The notes under the pieces were generated by a model. It saw only the letters and a list, made by a program, of their open reading frames with translations. It made no database searches and had not been told where the DNA came from. The position numbers and the translations under genes are program-made. From NCBI GenBank assembly GCA_947564265.1, contig CANOBK010000006.1, positions 40,648 through 104,647 of the forward strand: a DNA stretch of 64,000 nucleotides, written 5' to 3'. Positions 27,039 to 37,582 of this stretch are shown here, one piece after another; positions within the stretch are counted from its first letter, which is position 1; the number at the start of each line of letters is the position of its first letter. The stretch is from an uncultured Bacillales bacterium (GTDB taxonomy: Bacteria > Bacillota_I > Bacilli_A > RF39 > UBA660).

Positions 27039-27599
27039 CTAATCTATCATTTCAAACTGTCTTAATAGTTCAGTAATTTGACTACTTGTCATTCCTCCAA
27101 CCTCAACATCTGCAACATTCCCTTGATCTACAACGATAAATGTTGGAGTACCAAAGGCTTGTAAGCTTTCATGTAAAGATCTGAGTTCTGCATCTTCTTC
27201 ATTCGTTAATAAGGTAAGATCCATATAACCAATTTCAATATCGTATTGATAAGCAACTGATTTTAAGATTGGTTTTTGTTGAATACACCAATAACATGTT
27301 TCTGTACCAAGCATTACTAATCTCTTTTCTTGATTTTCTAAAAGATTTTTTAAGTCCGTCATACTTGTCGCAACTAATTCTTTCTGTTTTTCTTCATCTA
27401 ATACTTCCCCTTGTTCTAAAAGTGGATTTTTAGTTTCTATAGCTTCCTTATCCTTACTACGATCTCCCGTATTTTCAGAAACAACATAAGTAATTGCAAA
27501 GAATGCTAAAATTCCTAAAATAACAATGGCTCCTGTTTTTAATTTTTCTTTTTGTTCTTTTGTCAAATTCATAATTACCTCCATTTTTAATACTCTCAC
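27039..27599 (-). CDS. Membrane-anchored thioredoxin-fold protein
   Basis: N-terminal TM helix, CYWC redox motif, FGTPTFIVV cis-Pro loop. Confidence 0.8.
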   Translation of the reverse strand: MRVLKMEVIMNLTKEQKEKLKTGAIVILGILAFFAITYVVSENTGDRSKDKEAIETKNPLLEQGEVLDEEKQKELVATSMTDLKNLLENQEKRLVMLGTETCYWCIQQKPILKSVAYQYDIEIGYMDLTLLTNEEDAELRSLHESLQAFGTPTFIVVDQGNVADVEVGGMTSSQITELLRQFEMID

Positions 27600-27607
27600 G
27601 TTTTAAA

Positions 27608-28330
27608 TTATAGCATACTCTCGACAAATTTGGCAATTCTTTCAAGTACTTTATCAATATATTTAAAGATTTCTCCTAAGGCGTAATCAATGATCTCCTG
27701 AAGCCAATTTTTCTTTGATTTATTTTCTTTCTTCTTAGATGAGGTAGTTTTCGTTTTTTCTGTCTGTTTGCTATTTTCTTCTGTTTCCTGACTCATCTCC
27801 TCTTTTTCTGACCAAATCCCTGTCTTACTCTCTTTGGCTTTTTCTTCTACTTCTTGAAGACGTTCGGTATATTCGTAATCACCGTATAGATAAGCAACCT
27901 TCGCATACCCAAGTTCTACTAGTTTCTCTTGAAGAAGAACTCCATCTACGAAAATCCAAGCAAGCCTACGACCATACTTATCTTCCTTGTCAGAGTCGCC
28001 ATCATATTCTAATTTAATTTCTTTGGCATTCGTTAAACTCTCACAAGTATAGTTACTCGCTTCTTTACCAAATGTTTCTACTCCTTTGGTTGGATGTACA
28101 GTCTCTGGTGTGTCAATTGCTAAGAATCTCGTTTTTATTTTCGCACCACTAGCGTCCTTAAAAGTTGCTGTATCTCCATCGACACACTTTTCCAATTCTA
28201 CAATTTCACTTTCACTAATTCCTTTAGATGCATCAACGGAAAATGGAAAAATCATCCATGTACAAATAACAAGCATACCAAGGCCTAAAATTTTTTGTTT
28301 CATACTACTACCTCCTAAAGATACTTCCAT
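27608..28330 (-). CDS. Thermonuclease (staphylococcal nuclease-like), secreted
   Basis: CVDGDT, RFLAIDTPET, DKYGRRLAWI, LVELGYAKV; signal peptide. Confidence 0.92.
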   Translation of the reverse strand: MEVSLGGSSMKQKILGLGMLVICTWMIFPFSVDASKGISESEIVELEKCVDGDTATFKDASGAKIKTRFLAIDTPETVHPTKGVETFGKEASNYTCESLTNAKEIKLEYDGDSDKEDKYGRRLAWIFVDGVLLQEKLVELGYAKVAYLYGDYEYTERLQEVEEKAKESKTGIWSEKEEMSQETEENSKQTEKTKTTSSKKKENKSKKNWLQEIIDYALGEIFKYIDKVLERIAKFVESML

Positions 28331-29064
28331 ATCTCTACTACTCTTTTTTGCTTTCTAGTTGATTTTAATGTCGGTCCAAGGCGAAATTTTCCAACATGTC
28401 GAATGGAAAAAACGTCTCCTTCTTTTATTTGAACCGCACCATTCGTAACTTCTTGATAGTTTAAAACTACTTCTTTCCTTTTTAACATTTCTAAACTTTG
28501 TGCCCTACTCTTTTTAGAAAGTAAACTGACAATATGATCCATTCGATAACTACTAATAATCAGTGGAATCTTTTGATAAGGCTCTTTCTCTAAGAAAATA
28601 GATTCTACTCTCTCTAATGAAATGATTTGATGTTTGATTTTATATAAATGTTCTTCTAAAAAGGAATTCATTCTCTCTAAATTGGTTAAATAAAAACAGT
28701 TTTCTTCGACAAAGATATCACCAATTAATTCTCGATTGAAGCCAATTGAAAATAGTGTTCCTAAAATGTCTGAGTGACAGAGTGACTCTTCAAAAGTTCC
28801 ACGATAGATGGTAACAGGAGAAAAATTGGTACCAAATAAGAAAACTGTCTGTTCACATCGTTCATCTAAGCGAATCATCTGATAATCGATATTTTTCTCT
28901 TCTAAGGCTCTTTTTACAATCATGGATTGATACGGATCTAGAAAATTACTGTACTGAATTACTCCAGTACGCTCAAATATTCTCGCTTTATCTAAGATAT
29001 TCGCTACTAATATTTTTTCCTCTTTTGTATAACCACTCCATAGTTTTGTTTTTTCTTTCTTCAT
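28315..29064 (-). CDS. ylmH: YlmH/Sll1252-family S4-domain RNA-binding protein
   Basis: SNFLDP, HSDILGTLFSIG..IGDI, S4 domain SYRMDHIVS..SIRHVGKF. Confidence 0.8.
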   Translation of the reverse strand: MKKEKTKLWSGYTKEEKILVANILDKARIFERTGVIQYSNFLDPYQSMIVKRALEEKNIDYQMIRLDERCEQTVFLFGTNFSPVTIYRGTFEESLCHSDILGTLFSIGFNRELIGDIFVEENCFYLTNLERMNSFLEEHLYKIKHQIISLERVESIFLEKEPYQKIPLIISSYRMDHIVSLLSKKSRAQSLEMLKRKEVVLNYQEVTNGAVQIKEGDVFSIRHVGKFRLGPTLKSTRKQKRVVEIWKYL

Positions 29065-29199
29065 GAGTATCCCCTTTCATTATAACTTACTTTATAGGAA
29101 ATCTTAAGTTTTTTTGTCAAATTTTACCTAGGTTTGTCAACTATTAACTCTACTAGAATTCACTCCTCTTGAATATATTGAGTTAGAAGGGAGAATGTC

Positions 29200-30132
29200 A
29201 TGGAAAAAGTAAAAATCGGCATACCAAAAGCACTATTATTTTATAAATATGGAGATTTATGGACTCACTTTTTTGAAAATTTGGGTCTTGATATTATCAT
29301 TAGTCCGAATACGAACTTAGAAATTTTAGAAAATGGAAAAAAATTGACGGACGACGAAGCATGCTTATCGTTAAAAATTTATATGGGACATGTCAATTAT
29401 CTCCTAGATAAATGTGACTATATCTTAGTTCCTAGAATTGCCTGCTTAAAACCACATGAAAAACTTTGTACGAATTTTAATGCACTATATGATTTGGTCC
29501 GAAATACCTTCCATAAAAGAATTATTCACTATAATGTGGATGTCGGTAAAAAAGAAGATGAGTTTTATGCATTTACTACGATGGGATTAGAACTTGGATT
29601 CCGTTACCGAGAAGTAGTAAAAGCCTATCATCAAGCGAAAAAAATGGAGACAATTGCCATAGAGCGACGAGTTAGTAAACAGCAAGTAGAATTAGCTAAG
29701 TCAAATAAAATTAAAGTGTTAATGGCAGGTCACCCCTATAATTTACACGATGAATTAGTAGGGAAAACAATTAGTAGGCTTTTAGAAGAAAATCAAGTAG
29801 AAGTCGTTTATAGTGATCGGTATTTAGGAAAATACCTAGATAAAGAAGTAGAAGAAATCAGTAAAAAGAATTATTGGACTTATAATCGAGAAATTTTAGG
29901 AGCGATTATCCATTATCAAGAAAATGTCGATGGGATTATTCTAGTCACCACCTTTCCTTGCGGCCCAGACTCTTTAAGTAATGAGATGGTTTTACGTACC
30001 CTAAGAAAGAAACCAATCATTCAATTGATTGTAGATGAAGCAACAGGAGAAGCAGGACTTGCGACTAGAATTGAAAGTTTTGTTGATATTTTAAAAGAAA
30101 GAGGTGCTACTAGTGGAAAAACAAGTGATTAG
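29200..30132 (+). CDS. Acyl-CoA dehydratase activase-related protein (DUF2229-like)
   Basis: KIGIPKALL, EACLSLKIYMGHV, AGHPYNLHD, FPCGPDS, GEAGLATRIESF. Confidence 0.8.
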   Translation: MEKVKIGIPKALLFYKYGDLWTHFFENLGLDIIISPNTNLEILENGKKLTDDEACLSLKIYMGHVNYLLDKCDYILVPRIACLKPHEKLCTNFNALYDLVRNTFHKRIIHYNVDVGKKEDEFYAFTTMGLELGFRYREVVKAYHQAKKMETIAIERRVSKQQVELAKSNKIKVLMAGHPYNLHDELVGKTISRLLEENQVEVVYSDRYLGKYLDKEVEEISKKNYWTYNREILGAIIHYQENVDGIILVTTFPCGPDSLSNEMVLRTLRKKPIIQLIVDEATGEAGLATRIESFVDILKERGATSGKTSD

Positions 30133-31183
30133 TTTTCCTCATTTAGGAGATTATTATGTACCGATTCGTTTTCTATTAAAAAAATTGACTCCCCATACAG
30201 TCGTAGAAGCTCCCCCTATTACGAAGAAGACAATCGAACTAGGAACTAAGTTTTCTCCTGAATTCGTTTGTATTCCCTTTAAGTACAATCTAGGAAACTT
30301 TATCGAATCATTGGACAATGGAGCGACGATTATTCTACAAGCAGGCGGAGGTTGTAGATACGGTTATTATGCGGAAGTCCAAGAAAGGATTTTAAAAGAT
30401 CTCGGTTATCATTTTGAATTTTTATCTTTAATCGATAAAGATCATTTTACCATCAAAGAAGTTTATCGTACATTTAAACGATTAAATCCAAAAGTTTCCT
30501 TTTTTAAATTTGCTTACTATTCTCTCCTCGCTATCTTTATGATTCGGCTAATGGACTGGCAAGATGAACGAATTCGAAAGAATATTGGATTCGAAGTAGA
30601 AGCAGGAAGTTTTGAAAAGTTAAAAAAGGAAATGTTAGAAGAATTTGAAAAGTGTAAAGGATTCATTTCTCTATTTCGCATTTATAAAAAATATAAAAAG
30701 AAATTCTTAAATCTAAAAATCGAAAAACCGGAGAATTGCATGAGAGTTGGAATTATTGGAGAATTATACACTTCCATGGAACCATACTCTAGTTATTTTA
30801 TTGAAAAAGAACTTGCCAAAATGAAAATTGAAGTCAAACGATTTACGAATGTCAGTTACCTTCTCTATGAAAAAAAGTATGAAACCAAAAAAATGCTAAG
30901 AAAGATACCTGAATACTGTAAATATAAATTAGGAGCGGATGGTATGGATAATGTTTATCGAGCCAAATACTTATGTGAGGAAGGTTATGACGGAATTATT
31001 CATATTAAACCGTTTGGTTGTACACCAGAAATTGGGGCTATCCCAATTATTAGAAAAGTATGTAATGACTATAAGATGCCAGTACTGTTTTTCTCATTCG
31101 ATAGTGAAACTAGTGATACTGGAATTAAAACTAGATTAGAAGCATTTTATGATATGTTACAAGAAAGGAAGAATCGTTTATGA
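30104..31183 (+). CDS. 2-hydroxyacyl-CoA dehydratase (HGD-D)-related subunit
   Basis: FVCIPFKYNLGN, GGGCRYGYY, RVGIIGELY, KPFGCTPE, DTGIKTRLEAF. Confidence 0.75.
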   Translation: MLLVEKQVISFPHLGDYYVPIRFLLKKLTPHTVVEAPPITKKTIELGTKFSPEFVCIPFKYNLGNFIESLDNGATIILQAGGGCRYGYYAEVQERILKDLGYHFEFLSLIDKDHFTIKEVYRTFKRLNPKVSFFKFAYYSLLAIFMIRLMDWQDERIRKNIGFEVEAGSFEKLKKEMLEEFEKCKGFISLFRIYKKYKKKFLNLKIEKPENCMRVGIIGELYTSMEPYSSYFIEKELAKMKIEVKRFTNVSYLLYEKKYETKKMLRKIPEYCKYKLGADGMDNVYRAKYLCEEGYDGIIHIKPFGCTPEIGAIPIIRKVCNDYKMPVLFFSFDSETSDTGIKTRLEAFYDMLQERKNRL

Positions 31184-32127
31184 AAGGATATTTAGGAATT
31201 GATATTGGATCTATTTCTACCAAGGGAGTCATTATTGATGATAATCAAAAGATTTTAGCTAGTGCTTATATTTGGACGAAGGGAAACCCGATAGAAGCAG
31301 TAAAAGAACTTCTCTCTTTATTGGAAAAACAAGTAAAGGAAAAGGAATTAGAAATCGTTGGTGTTGGTACTACAGGATCTGCTAGAAAGTTAATTGGTAG
31401 TATGTTAGGAGCCAATGTTGTGAAAAACGAAATCACAGCTCATGCCGTTGGAACGTTATCGATTCATCCAGATGCTAGAACAATTTTTGAAATTGGTGGA
31501 CAGGATTCTAAAATTATTCTTTTAGAAAATGGAATTGTCGTCGATTATGCGATGAATACTCTTTGTGCAGCAGGAACTGGTTCTTTTCTTTCCAGTCAGG
31601 CAGAACGTTTAGGCGTCAAAGTAGAAGATTTTGGTAGAATCGCACTAACTTCGAAACATCCCGCTAAAATTGCCGCTCGTTGTACCGTATTTGCAGAAAG
31701 TGATTTGGTTCATAAAATGCAAATTGGTTATTCGAAAGAAGATATTATCGCAGGACTTTGTCATAGTGTTGTATCCAATTATTTAAATAATGTTGGAAAA
31801 GGAAAAAAAATTGAAGAACCAATTATCTTCCAAGGAGGAGTCAGTAAAAATATTGGAGTACAAAAAGCATTTGAAGAAGCGACAGGAACAGAGGTTCATA
31901 TTGATGAGAATGGACATTTAATGGGTGCATTGGGTGTTGCTATTTTATCTTCTAGAAAACCAATGATGAAACCGTTTAGTTTCAGAGTTACCGATGAAAA
32001 CTTTGAAACAAAAGGAATCGAATGTAACAGGTGCCCAAATCACTGTGAGATTATCTGTGTTCGCAAAAATAAAGAATTAATCGATTCTTGGGGAAATCGT
32101 TGTGAAAATGGAATGATTCGAAAATAA
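31180..32127 (+). CDS. CoA-substrate-specific enzyme activase (BadF/BadG/BcrA/BcrD ATPase family)
   Basis: GIDIGSISTK, KNEITAH, EIGGQDSK, MNTLCAAGTGSFL, ARCTVFAES, GGVSKN, C-terminal CNRCPNHC. Confidence 0.9.
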   Translation: MKGYLGIDIGSISTKGVIIDDNQKILASAYIWTKGNPIEAVKELLSLLEKQVKEKELEIVGVGTTGSARKLIGSMLGANVVKNEITAHAVGTLSIHPDARTIFEIGGQDSKIILLENGIVVDYAMNTLCAAGTGSFLSSQAERLGVKVEDFGRIALTSKHPAKIAARCTVFAESDLVHKMQIGYSKEDIIAGLCHSVVSNYLNNVGKGKKIEEPIIFQGGVSKNIGVQKAFEEATGTEVHIDENGHLMGALGVAILSSRKPMMKPFSFRVTDENFETKGIECNRCPNHCEIICVRKNKELIDSWGNRCENGMIRK

Positions 32128-32158
32128 AAATATGTGAGGCAATATCACATATTTTTTT
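32126..32158. terminator. Bidirectional terminator between convergent genes
   Basis: aaaaatatgtga-ggcaata-tcacatattttt with A/T runs on both sides. Confidence 0.75.
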
Positions 32159-33872
32159 ATTCTGTAATGATGGAAGATATTTGTTCTTTATATACCTGAA
32201 GTTTTTCTTTCATTTCTTCTAGTTTATCTTCTAATTCTCTAATTTTTTCTTGTAATAAGAAATTCTCTTCTTCTTTTTGATTGATTATTTCTTCATAAAT
32301 AGATTCTTGATTTCTAAAATCTTCTAGAAGAGACTCATAATAATTTCTTTCTTCTGCTAAATCATACTTCCTCATTTCTTCTTCTAATTGTTTTTGATAG
32401 GTATGTAATTTATCAATATTTTCTTGGGAAGTATACACTTTAACATAAATTCTTTCTAATTTCCCATAGTTATAAAATATTTTATCTTTTAAACTACTCA
32501 GAATTAAATTTCTCATTTTTGAATTAAATACATGAGTCTTTGGTTCTGTTAAAATATATAGGTAAGGATAATTCGTATTAGAAAAATGATTCTCATAATC
32601 AAAATGAACTTTATTAAAATTAGAATATAACTCTACTTGAAACTTGATAGTATCTACTAATTCAGAGTCCGGAATATATTCAATTTCATCATATGATCCA
32701 ATAACATCAAAAGTAAAGTTTTCCCTCATTTCAAATTCTTTTTCTACCAATTCTTTTTTATATAGAGTGGTATCAGGAATTTCATCATAATAAGTAAAGG
32801 TAGATACCTCGATTAAAGTAAGTGCGGTTCCAACTCCTAAAATAATCAAAGAGGATAGAAATAGAATTCCAATTTTTTTAGAAGAATTTTTCCGATTTGC
32901 AATGATATTAAATAAGATTTCAATTATTAGATAACAAAGAAGAAATCCTCCTAGTAATAGACCAAAAAATCCAAAATATAAAATTCCTTGAAAGATAAAA
33001 TAAATTCCTAAAACAATTGCAATAATTAGAAAGAAGAAAAAGAACAGAAATGGTAACAGAATTAAGATAAAACAGAATTTTGTAAAAAAAGTAATCATTA
33101 TTTTTAGTACTTTTAAAATCATCGAAGTATTCATTTCTGTTTGAAAACTTGAATGTTTTTCACACATTTCTTTTTCCTTTTTTATGCTTTTCTCATCTTT
33201 TTCGATTTTCTTTTTCTCTTGAGAAATGACTTCTGGTTGGATATCTATTTCCTTCTTGATGGATTCTTTCTTCTCTTTAGTTTTTTCTTCTAATGTCTTG
33301 GTTTCCCATTTTTCTAAGAATAAAACTTTATAAAGATAATAAAAACAGATTACAGAAAATATTAAATAAGAAATCGATAAGATAAAGTTCCAGAGAGAAC
33401 AAAAGAAGCTAGAAAGTCCAGGAGACTCAAAACTTTGGAAAATTCTCTCCCCTAATTGATAGATATAATCAATCGGAATCCGAAGAAGTACTAAAAGAAA
33501 AATTAGGAACAATAATTCTAAAAGATACTTCCCTATCTGTAAAAGAGATAAGTTTTTAAAAATAGAAATACTTCTTGAAATCGTATCTAACACTTCATCA
33601 ATGAGTTTATTCATGGTGACTTTTTCTTTTTCATTTGGTCTAATCTCTTTCACTTCATCATTTGTTAAATCATCTAAACTACATTTAAATAGTTTACAAA
33701 GAGAAATCAATTTATCCATTTCAGGATAGGTCTGTCCCGACTCCCATTTTGAAACTGCCTGTCTAGAGACTTCTAATTGATCCGCAAGTTGCTCTTGGGA
33801 CATCTTGTTTTCTTTTCTTAGTTTTTGGAGTTTTTCACTAAATTTCATTTCTTTCACCTCAACAAAAATCAT
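32157..33872 (-). CDS. XRE-family HTH-domain membrane protein
   Basis: N-terminal LRKENKMSQEQLADQLEVSRQAVSKWESG; several TM helices; C-terminal coiled coil. Likely start MKFSEK. Confidence 0.8.
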   Translation of the reverse strand: MIFVEVKEMKFSEKLQKLRKENKMSQEQLADQLEVSRQAVSKWESGQTYPEMDKLISLCKLFKCSLDDLTNDEVKEIRPNEKEKVTMNKLIDEVLDTISRSISIFKNLSLLQIGKYLLELLFLIFLLVLLRIPIDYIYQLGERIFQSFESPGLSSFFCSLWNFILSISYLIFSVICFYYLYKVLFLEKWETKTLEEKTKEKKESIKKEIDIQPEVISQEKKKIEKDEKSIKKEKEMCEKHSSFQTEMNTSMILKVLKIMITFFTKFCFILILLPFLFFFFFLIIAIVLGIYFIFQGILYFGFFGLLLGGFLLCYLIIEILFNIIANRKNSSKKIGILFLSSLIILGVGTALTLIEVSTFTYYDEIPDTTLYKKELVEKEFEMRENFTFDVIGSYDEIEYIPDSELVDTIKFQVELYSNFNKVHFDYENHFSNTNYPYLYILTEPKTHVFNSKMRNLILSSLKDKIFYNYGKLERIYVKVYTSQENIDKLHTYQKQLEEEMRKYDLAEERNYYESLLEDFRNQESIYEEIINQKEEENFLLQEKIRELEDKLEEMKEKLQVYKEQISSIITE

Positions 33873-33999
33873 ACAATAAACCTGGTTACGTCTCTACCAA
33901 TTTCCGGTTGTTTTTTGTATCTTTTCGGTTGCATTTTTATAAATTCCCTTTATTTTAACACAAAATAAGAAAAGTAGAACCTTCCTTCTCTACTATTCT

Positions 34000-34878
34000 T
34001 TAACGTTTTTTTATAAAATTTTCTCCGAAACAGCATTTTCTCATTTCTTCATCCATCGTATGAAGTGCAATAGTTGCGATAGCATTCTTTACAAAGTTTT
34101 TTTCATCTTTTCCATAAGAATTAATTTCGTGGTCAATATTTCTATAAAATCCTGGATACACCATTCGTAATAAATATTCTAGTTGTTTCCAAATGGAATC
34201 ATAAGGATTTAACTCTCTAAGAAGATAATCTTTTGAAACGAGACTATCGCTATCACTACTTCGGACGAGGCACTGTTTCATCTGACAATTTTCATGGTCA
34301 GAACAAATTTGTATATAACGATCTCCCTTTGAAGTCTCCTGCAGAGAAAAAAAGGAAGTTCCTCGTGTTGGTAAAAGTCCAAAATAAGCCTGTTCCGATT
34401 TTATAAAGTTATGATAAGAGAGATATTTTCCATTCGTAAATACTTGAAGATTTCTTAGAACTTTTTCTTTTTCTAAAGATTCTACCTTTATTCCTTCTAA
34501 TTGGTAAGGGTGAGAAGGATAAGGTAATATTGTATAATCAAGTTCTCCTTTAATTAATTTATGATTTCCACATTCTAGTTGAAAAGGAAAATAAGGATCA
34601 ACATTATTTAGAGAATCAAAGTCACATTCGGAAGTTACGATTCCCTCACTACAGGAAAATTCTGTTTTCATTTTCTTCATGTCAACAATTTTTACTTCCC
34701 CACATTTCTTTTCTGATCCATGGGAATTAACAATGATTCCCTTTTTTTTATTTTGAAAGTGAATTTTTAAATCAAATAAGTCTAAAAAAATATTGAGTTT
34801 CTTAATAGGTCCTAGGGCATAGTTCGTTTCTAAAAACTGAATTTGTTTTTCTTCCATGAATAATCTTTCATGGCTCAT
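34000..34878 (-). CDS. Hypothetical protein
   Basis: 292-aa ORF overlapping the U32 gene stop codon; no recognisable motif. Confidence 0.55.
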   Translation of the reverse strand: MSHERLFMEEKQIQFLETNYALGPIKKLNIFLDLFDLKIHFQNKKKGIIVNSHGSEKKCGEVKIVDMKKMKTEFSCSEGIVTSECDFDSLNNVDPYFPFQLECGNHKLIKGELDYTILPYPSHPYQLEGIKVESLEKEKVLRNLQVFTNGKYLSYHNFIKSEQAYFGLLPTRGTSFFSLQETSKGDRYIQICSDHENCQMKQCLVRSSDSDSLVSKDYLLRELNPYDSIWKQLEYLLRMVYPGFYRNIDHEINSYGKDEKNFVKNAIATIALHTMDEEMRKCCFGENFIKKR

Positions 34879-36073
34879 ATAATTCCTCCTTTACTTTTAT
34901 ACGCATCATAGAGTCCTTCTCTACTTCTTCTGATAATTTTAGTTTTAAGATTTCTTCTGGGTGACAAGCTTTTTCTAATTCTTCCATGTTTTCATTATAA
35001 ATTTTATCAATGGTAAATGCAATCGTTTTTCCACTTGGAGTAAAAATTTCTACTTCCATTCCTGGTTCAAAGTAATTTCTTTCAGAAATTGTTACTATCC
35101 TTTGTTCTTTATCATAGTCTATGACAACTGCTAGGAAGTCTTGATTAGAAAGTTCTTGTCTTCCTGTATAGTACTGATCGGTATGATCCGCCTCATGGGT
35201 AAAATAATGTGTACTTGTTTCCCTGTTTGCCACTCTAGATAAAATCTGCTTTTGTCTTTTTAAAAATTCTTCTGTTAGTGTTTCCTCATAGTAAGCATCA
35301 ATAATTTTACGATAGGATGAAAGAACCGTTGCTAAATAGTAATGCGATCTCATTCTTCCTTCCACTTTCAAACTGCGAACGCCTATTTCTATAAACTGAG
35401 AAATATAGTCTGCCATATTTAAGTCTTTGGTAGCCATCGTAAATTTTTTATCATCTTCACTATCGATATCAAAGGCAAAGCGACAAACTTGACTACATCC
35501 CCCACGATTAGAATCTCTATTTGTCAGATAGTTCGAAAGCGTACATCTTCCACTATAAAAAGTACACATCGCACCATGAATAAAGATTTCAATATCGACT
35601 CCTGTTTCTTTGATCATTTCAGAAATTTCAGGAATTGAAAGTTCTCGCGCTAAAACAACCCGGTCAACGCCTTCCTGTTTCCAGTATCTCACTGCTTCTA
35701 GATTCGTAGTAGAAGCTTGGGTACTCACATGTACCTCTGCTCCTTTAAAATGTTCCTTAATATAACGAATAATAAATGGGTCACTCACAATAAAGGCGTC
35801 AATCCCTGCTTCATAAGCGGACTTCAAATAGTCATAAACACCTTCTAAGTCTTCATTATGAAAGACAATATTCGTCGTAAGATAGACTTTTTTTCCTAGT
35901 TTATGCGCAAAATCACAGGCTTCTTTCATTTCTTCTAAACTAAAATTCGTGGCATTTGCTCTTAAACTATATTCCTGTCCTCCAATATAGACAGCATCTG
36001 CGCCATAAAGAAGGGCAATTTTTAAACGACCCAAATCTCCTGCTGGGGATAATAACTCAATTCTTTTTTCCAT
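34868..36073 (-). CDS. trhP: Peptidase U32 family protein (YrrO/TrhP-like, tRNA hydroxylation)
   Basis: ELLSPAG, YGADAVYIG, HVSTQA, VLAREL, EIFIHGAMCTFYSGRC, RGGCSQVCR, LKVEGRMRS. Confidence 0.9.
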   Translation of the reverse strand: MEKRIELLSPAGDLGRLKIALLYGADAVYIGGQEYSLRANATNFSLEEMKEACDFAHKLGKKVYLTTNIVFHNEDLEGVYDYLKSAYEAGIDAFIVSDPFIIRYIKEHFKGAEVHVSTQASTTNLEAVRYWKQEGVDRVVLARELSIPEISEMIKETGVDIEIFIHGAMCTFYSGRCTLSNYLTNRDSNRGGCSQVCRFAFDIDSEDDKKFTMATKDLNMADYISQFIEIGVRSLKVEGRMRSHYYLATVLSSYRKIIDAYYEETLTEEFLKRQKQILSRVANRETSTHYFTHEADHTDQYYTGRQELSNQDFLAVVIDYDKEQRIVTISERNYFEPGMEVEIFTPSGKTIAFTIDKIYNENMEELEKACHPEEILKLKLSEEVEKDSMMRIKVKEELYEP

Positions 36074-36635
36074 AAGTTTTTACTTCTTTCTTATTTTCTG
36101 CTTCCTCTAATAATACTTTTTCATCATAAGCCTCTAAAATCTCTGATACATCATATTCTTCTTTTAATCCTAAATGCTCTAATAAATAGTTCATAAAATT
36201 TTCTTCTTTTACAATACGAAGGGTTCCATAAGTTCGAATTGGTGTTTTATTTTGTTGTTCTTCTTTTCCAGCATAATCAAAAGAGACCATTTCCCATCCA
36301 TCTTCTAGTCGAATATAAAACGTCTGATATTTAAAAGCATATCGTTTACTTAAAGGATGTAACTCATCTTTTTCATAAACATACATCACTTCTTCAAACT
36401 GAGTTCCATTTTCTTCTAAAGTTACAATTTTTATATTTTGACTTACTTCTTCATAAGATAAAACTCCTTTCATTTCATTTGATTCGTCATCATAAGATAA
36501 TTCGGTAAGAGACTCAATCCTTTTCTCATCCTCATCTATATATTTATTTACAAAAAAGATAGCTGCACCACCAAATAGAATCCCAGCGGCAACAATTTTC
36601 AAATTTTCAATTATTTCTTTTTTCATTAGAATCAC
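36057..36635 (-). CDS. Hypothetical membrane-anchored protein
   Basis: N-terminal TM helix; overlaps both flanking U32 genes. Confidence 0.55.
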   Translation of the reverse strand: MILMKKEIIENLKIVAAGILFGGAAIFFVNKYIDEDEKRIESLTELSYDDESNEMKGVLSYEEVSQNIKIVTLEENGTQFEEVMYVYEKDELHPLSKRYAFKYQTFYIRLEDGWEMVSFDYAGKEEQQNKTPIRTYGTLRIVKEENFMNYLLEHLGLKEEYDVSEILEAYDEKVLLEEAENKKEVKTYGKKN

Positions 36636-37506
36636 CTCTTTTTACTTTATAAATGGTCTTCTTATAAAAGAAGTTTGTATAATCCCCAACTAACTCTACT
36701 GTCTGATTGATTATTTGTTCTTTTTCTTCCCTAGAAGAAGTAGAGAAAGTCTTTCTAATTGTTTGATAAATTTCTAATATTTGGATTCCAATTTCTTCTT
36801 TTAAATTTCTCATATCTAATATGGCATACTCTATTCCTTGTTCTAACAAATCATATAAAACTCTTGTACCATTCATAGGCTTTCCAAAGAGTATGGTGGT
36901 ACCTGCATGACTTTCTTTGATTAATAAGGAATCCGGATTTTTTTCAGTCAACGTATAAAGATCTTTCTCTGATTCTTTTTTAATATCTTTAAAATAATTG
37001 GTAACTAAGTTTCTTCTCGAATGAGATACAACAGGGTATCCAAATACTTGAACCATCAATTTCATTTTGGTATGTTTCTTCATTTCTAAAATCTCTTCTA
37101 GCGTAATTTCATTCGAAACAATCCCATAAGAAACACCTTTATCAAAATAATAATTACAAGTCTGATAATTCGTTACCATATGAGTTTGATGCCAAACTAA
37201 AGAAAGAGATAATTTTTTTCTTTGAACGATACTAAGAACTGATAAATCATAAAATAAGACTCCTTCAATTGGAAAAGAAGATAATTCTTCTAAAATCATT
37301 TCTAAGTTATCCAATTCTTCATTTCGAATGTTCTTGTTGAGTGCTATCCAAAGGGAATGCTTTTTAGATAATTCCTCTATTTCTTTTAAAGAGATTTCTG
37401 GGTAATTTACTGAATAATTTTCAAGTCCAAAAATAAAGGAATCGGCTCCTTTTTCTTGATAACGTTCTAATTCTATCTTTTCTTCTGGAATTACTAGATA
37501 CTTCAT
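36607..37506 (-). CDS. Peptidase U32 family protein (YrrN-like partner subunit)
   Basis: GVLFYDLSV, VTNYQTCNYY, SNEITLEEI, VQVFG..HSRRNLVTNY, ESHAGTTI; position matches Bacillus yrrN. Confidence 0.8.
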   Translation of the reverse strand: MKYLVIPEEKIELERYQEKGADSFIFGLENYSVNYPEISLKEIEELSKKHSLWIALNKNIRNEELDNLEMILEELSSFPIEGVLFYDLSVLSIVQRKKLSLSLVWHQTHMVTNYQTCNYYFDKGVSYGIVSNEITLEEILEMKKHTKMKLMVQVFGYPVVSHSRRNLVTNYFKDIKKESEKDLYTLTEKNPDSLLIKESHAGTTILFGKPMNGTRVLYDLLEQGIEYAILDMRNLKEEIGIQILEIYQTIRKTFSTSSREEKEQIINQTVELVGDYTNFFYKKTIYKVKRGDSNEKRNN

Positions 37507-37582
37507 ATTGATCTCCCCTTATTGAATGGCTCTATTATATCATACTCTCCTTCTCTTTTCAATCAGCCCATGAAAAAGAGGA

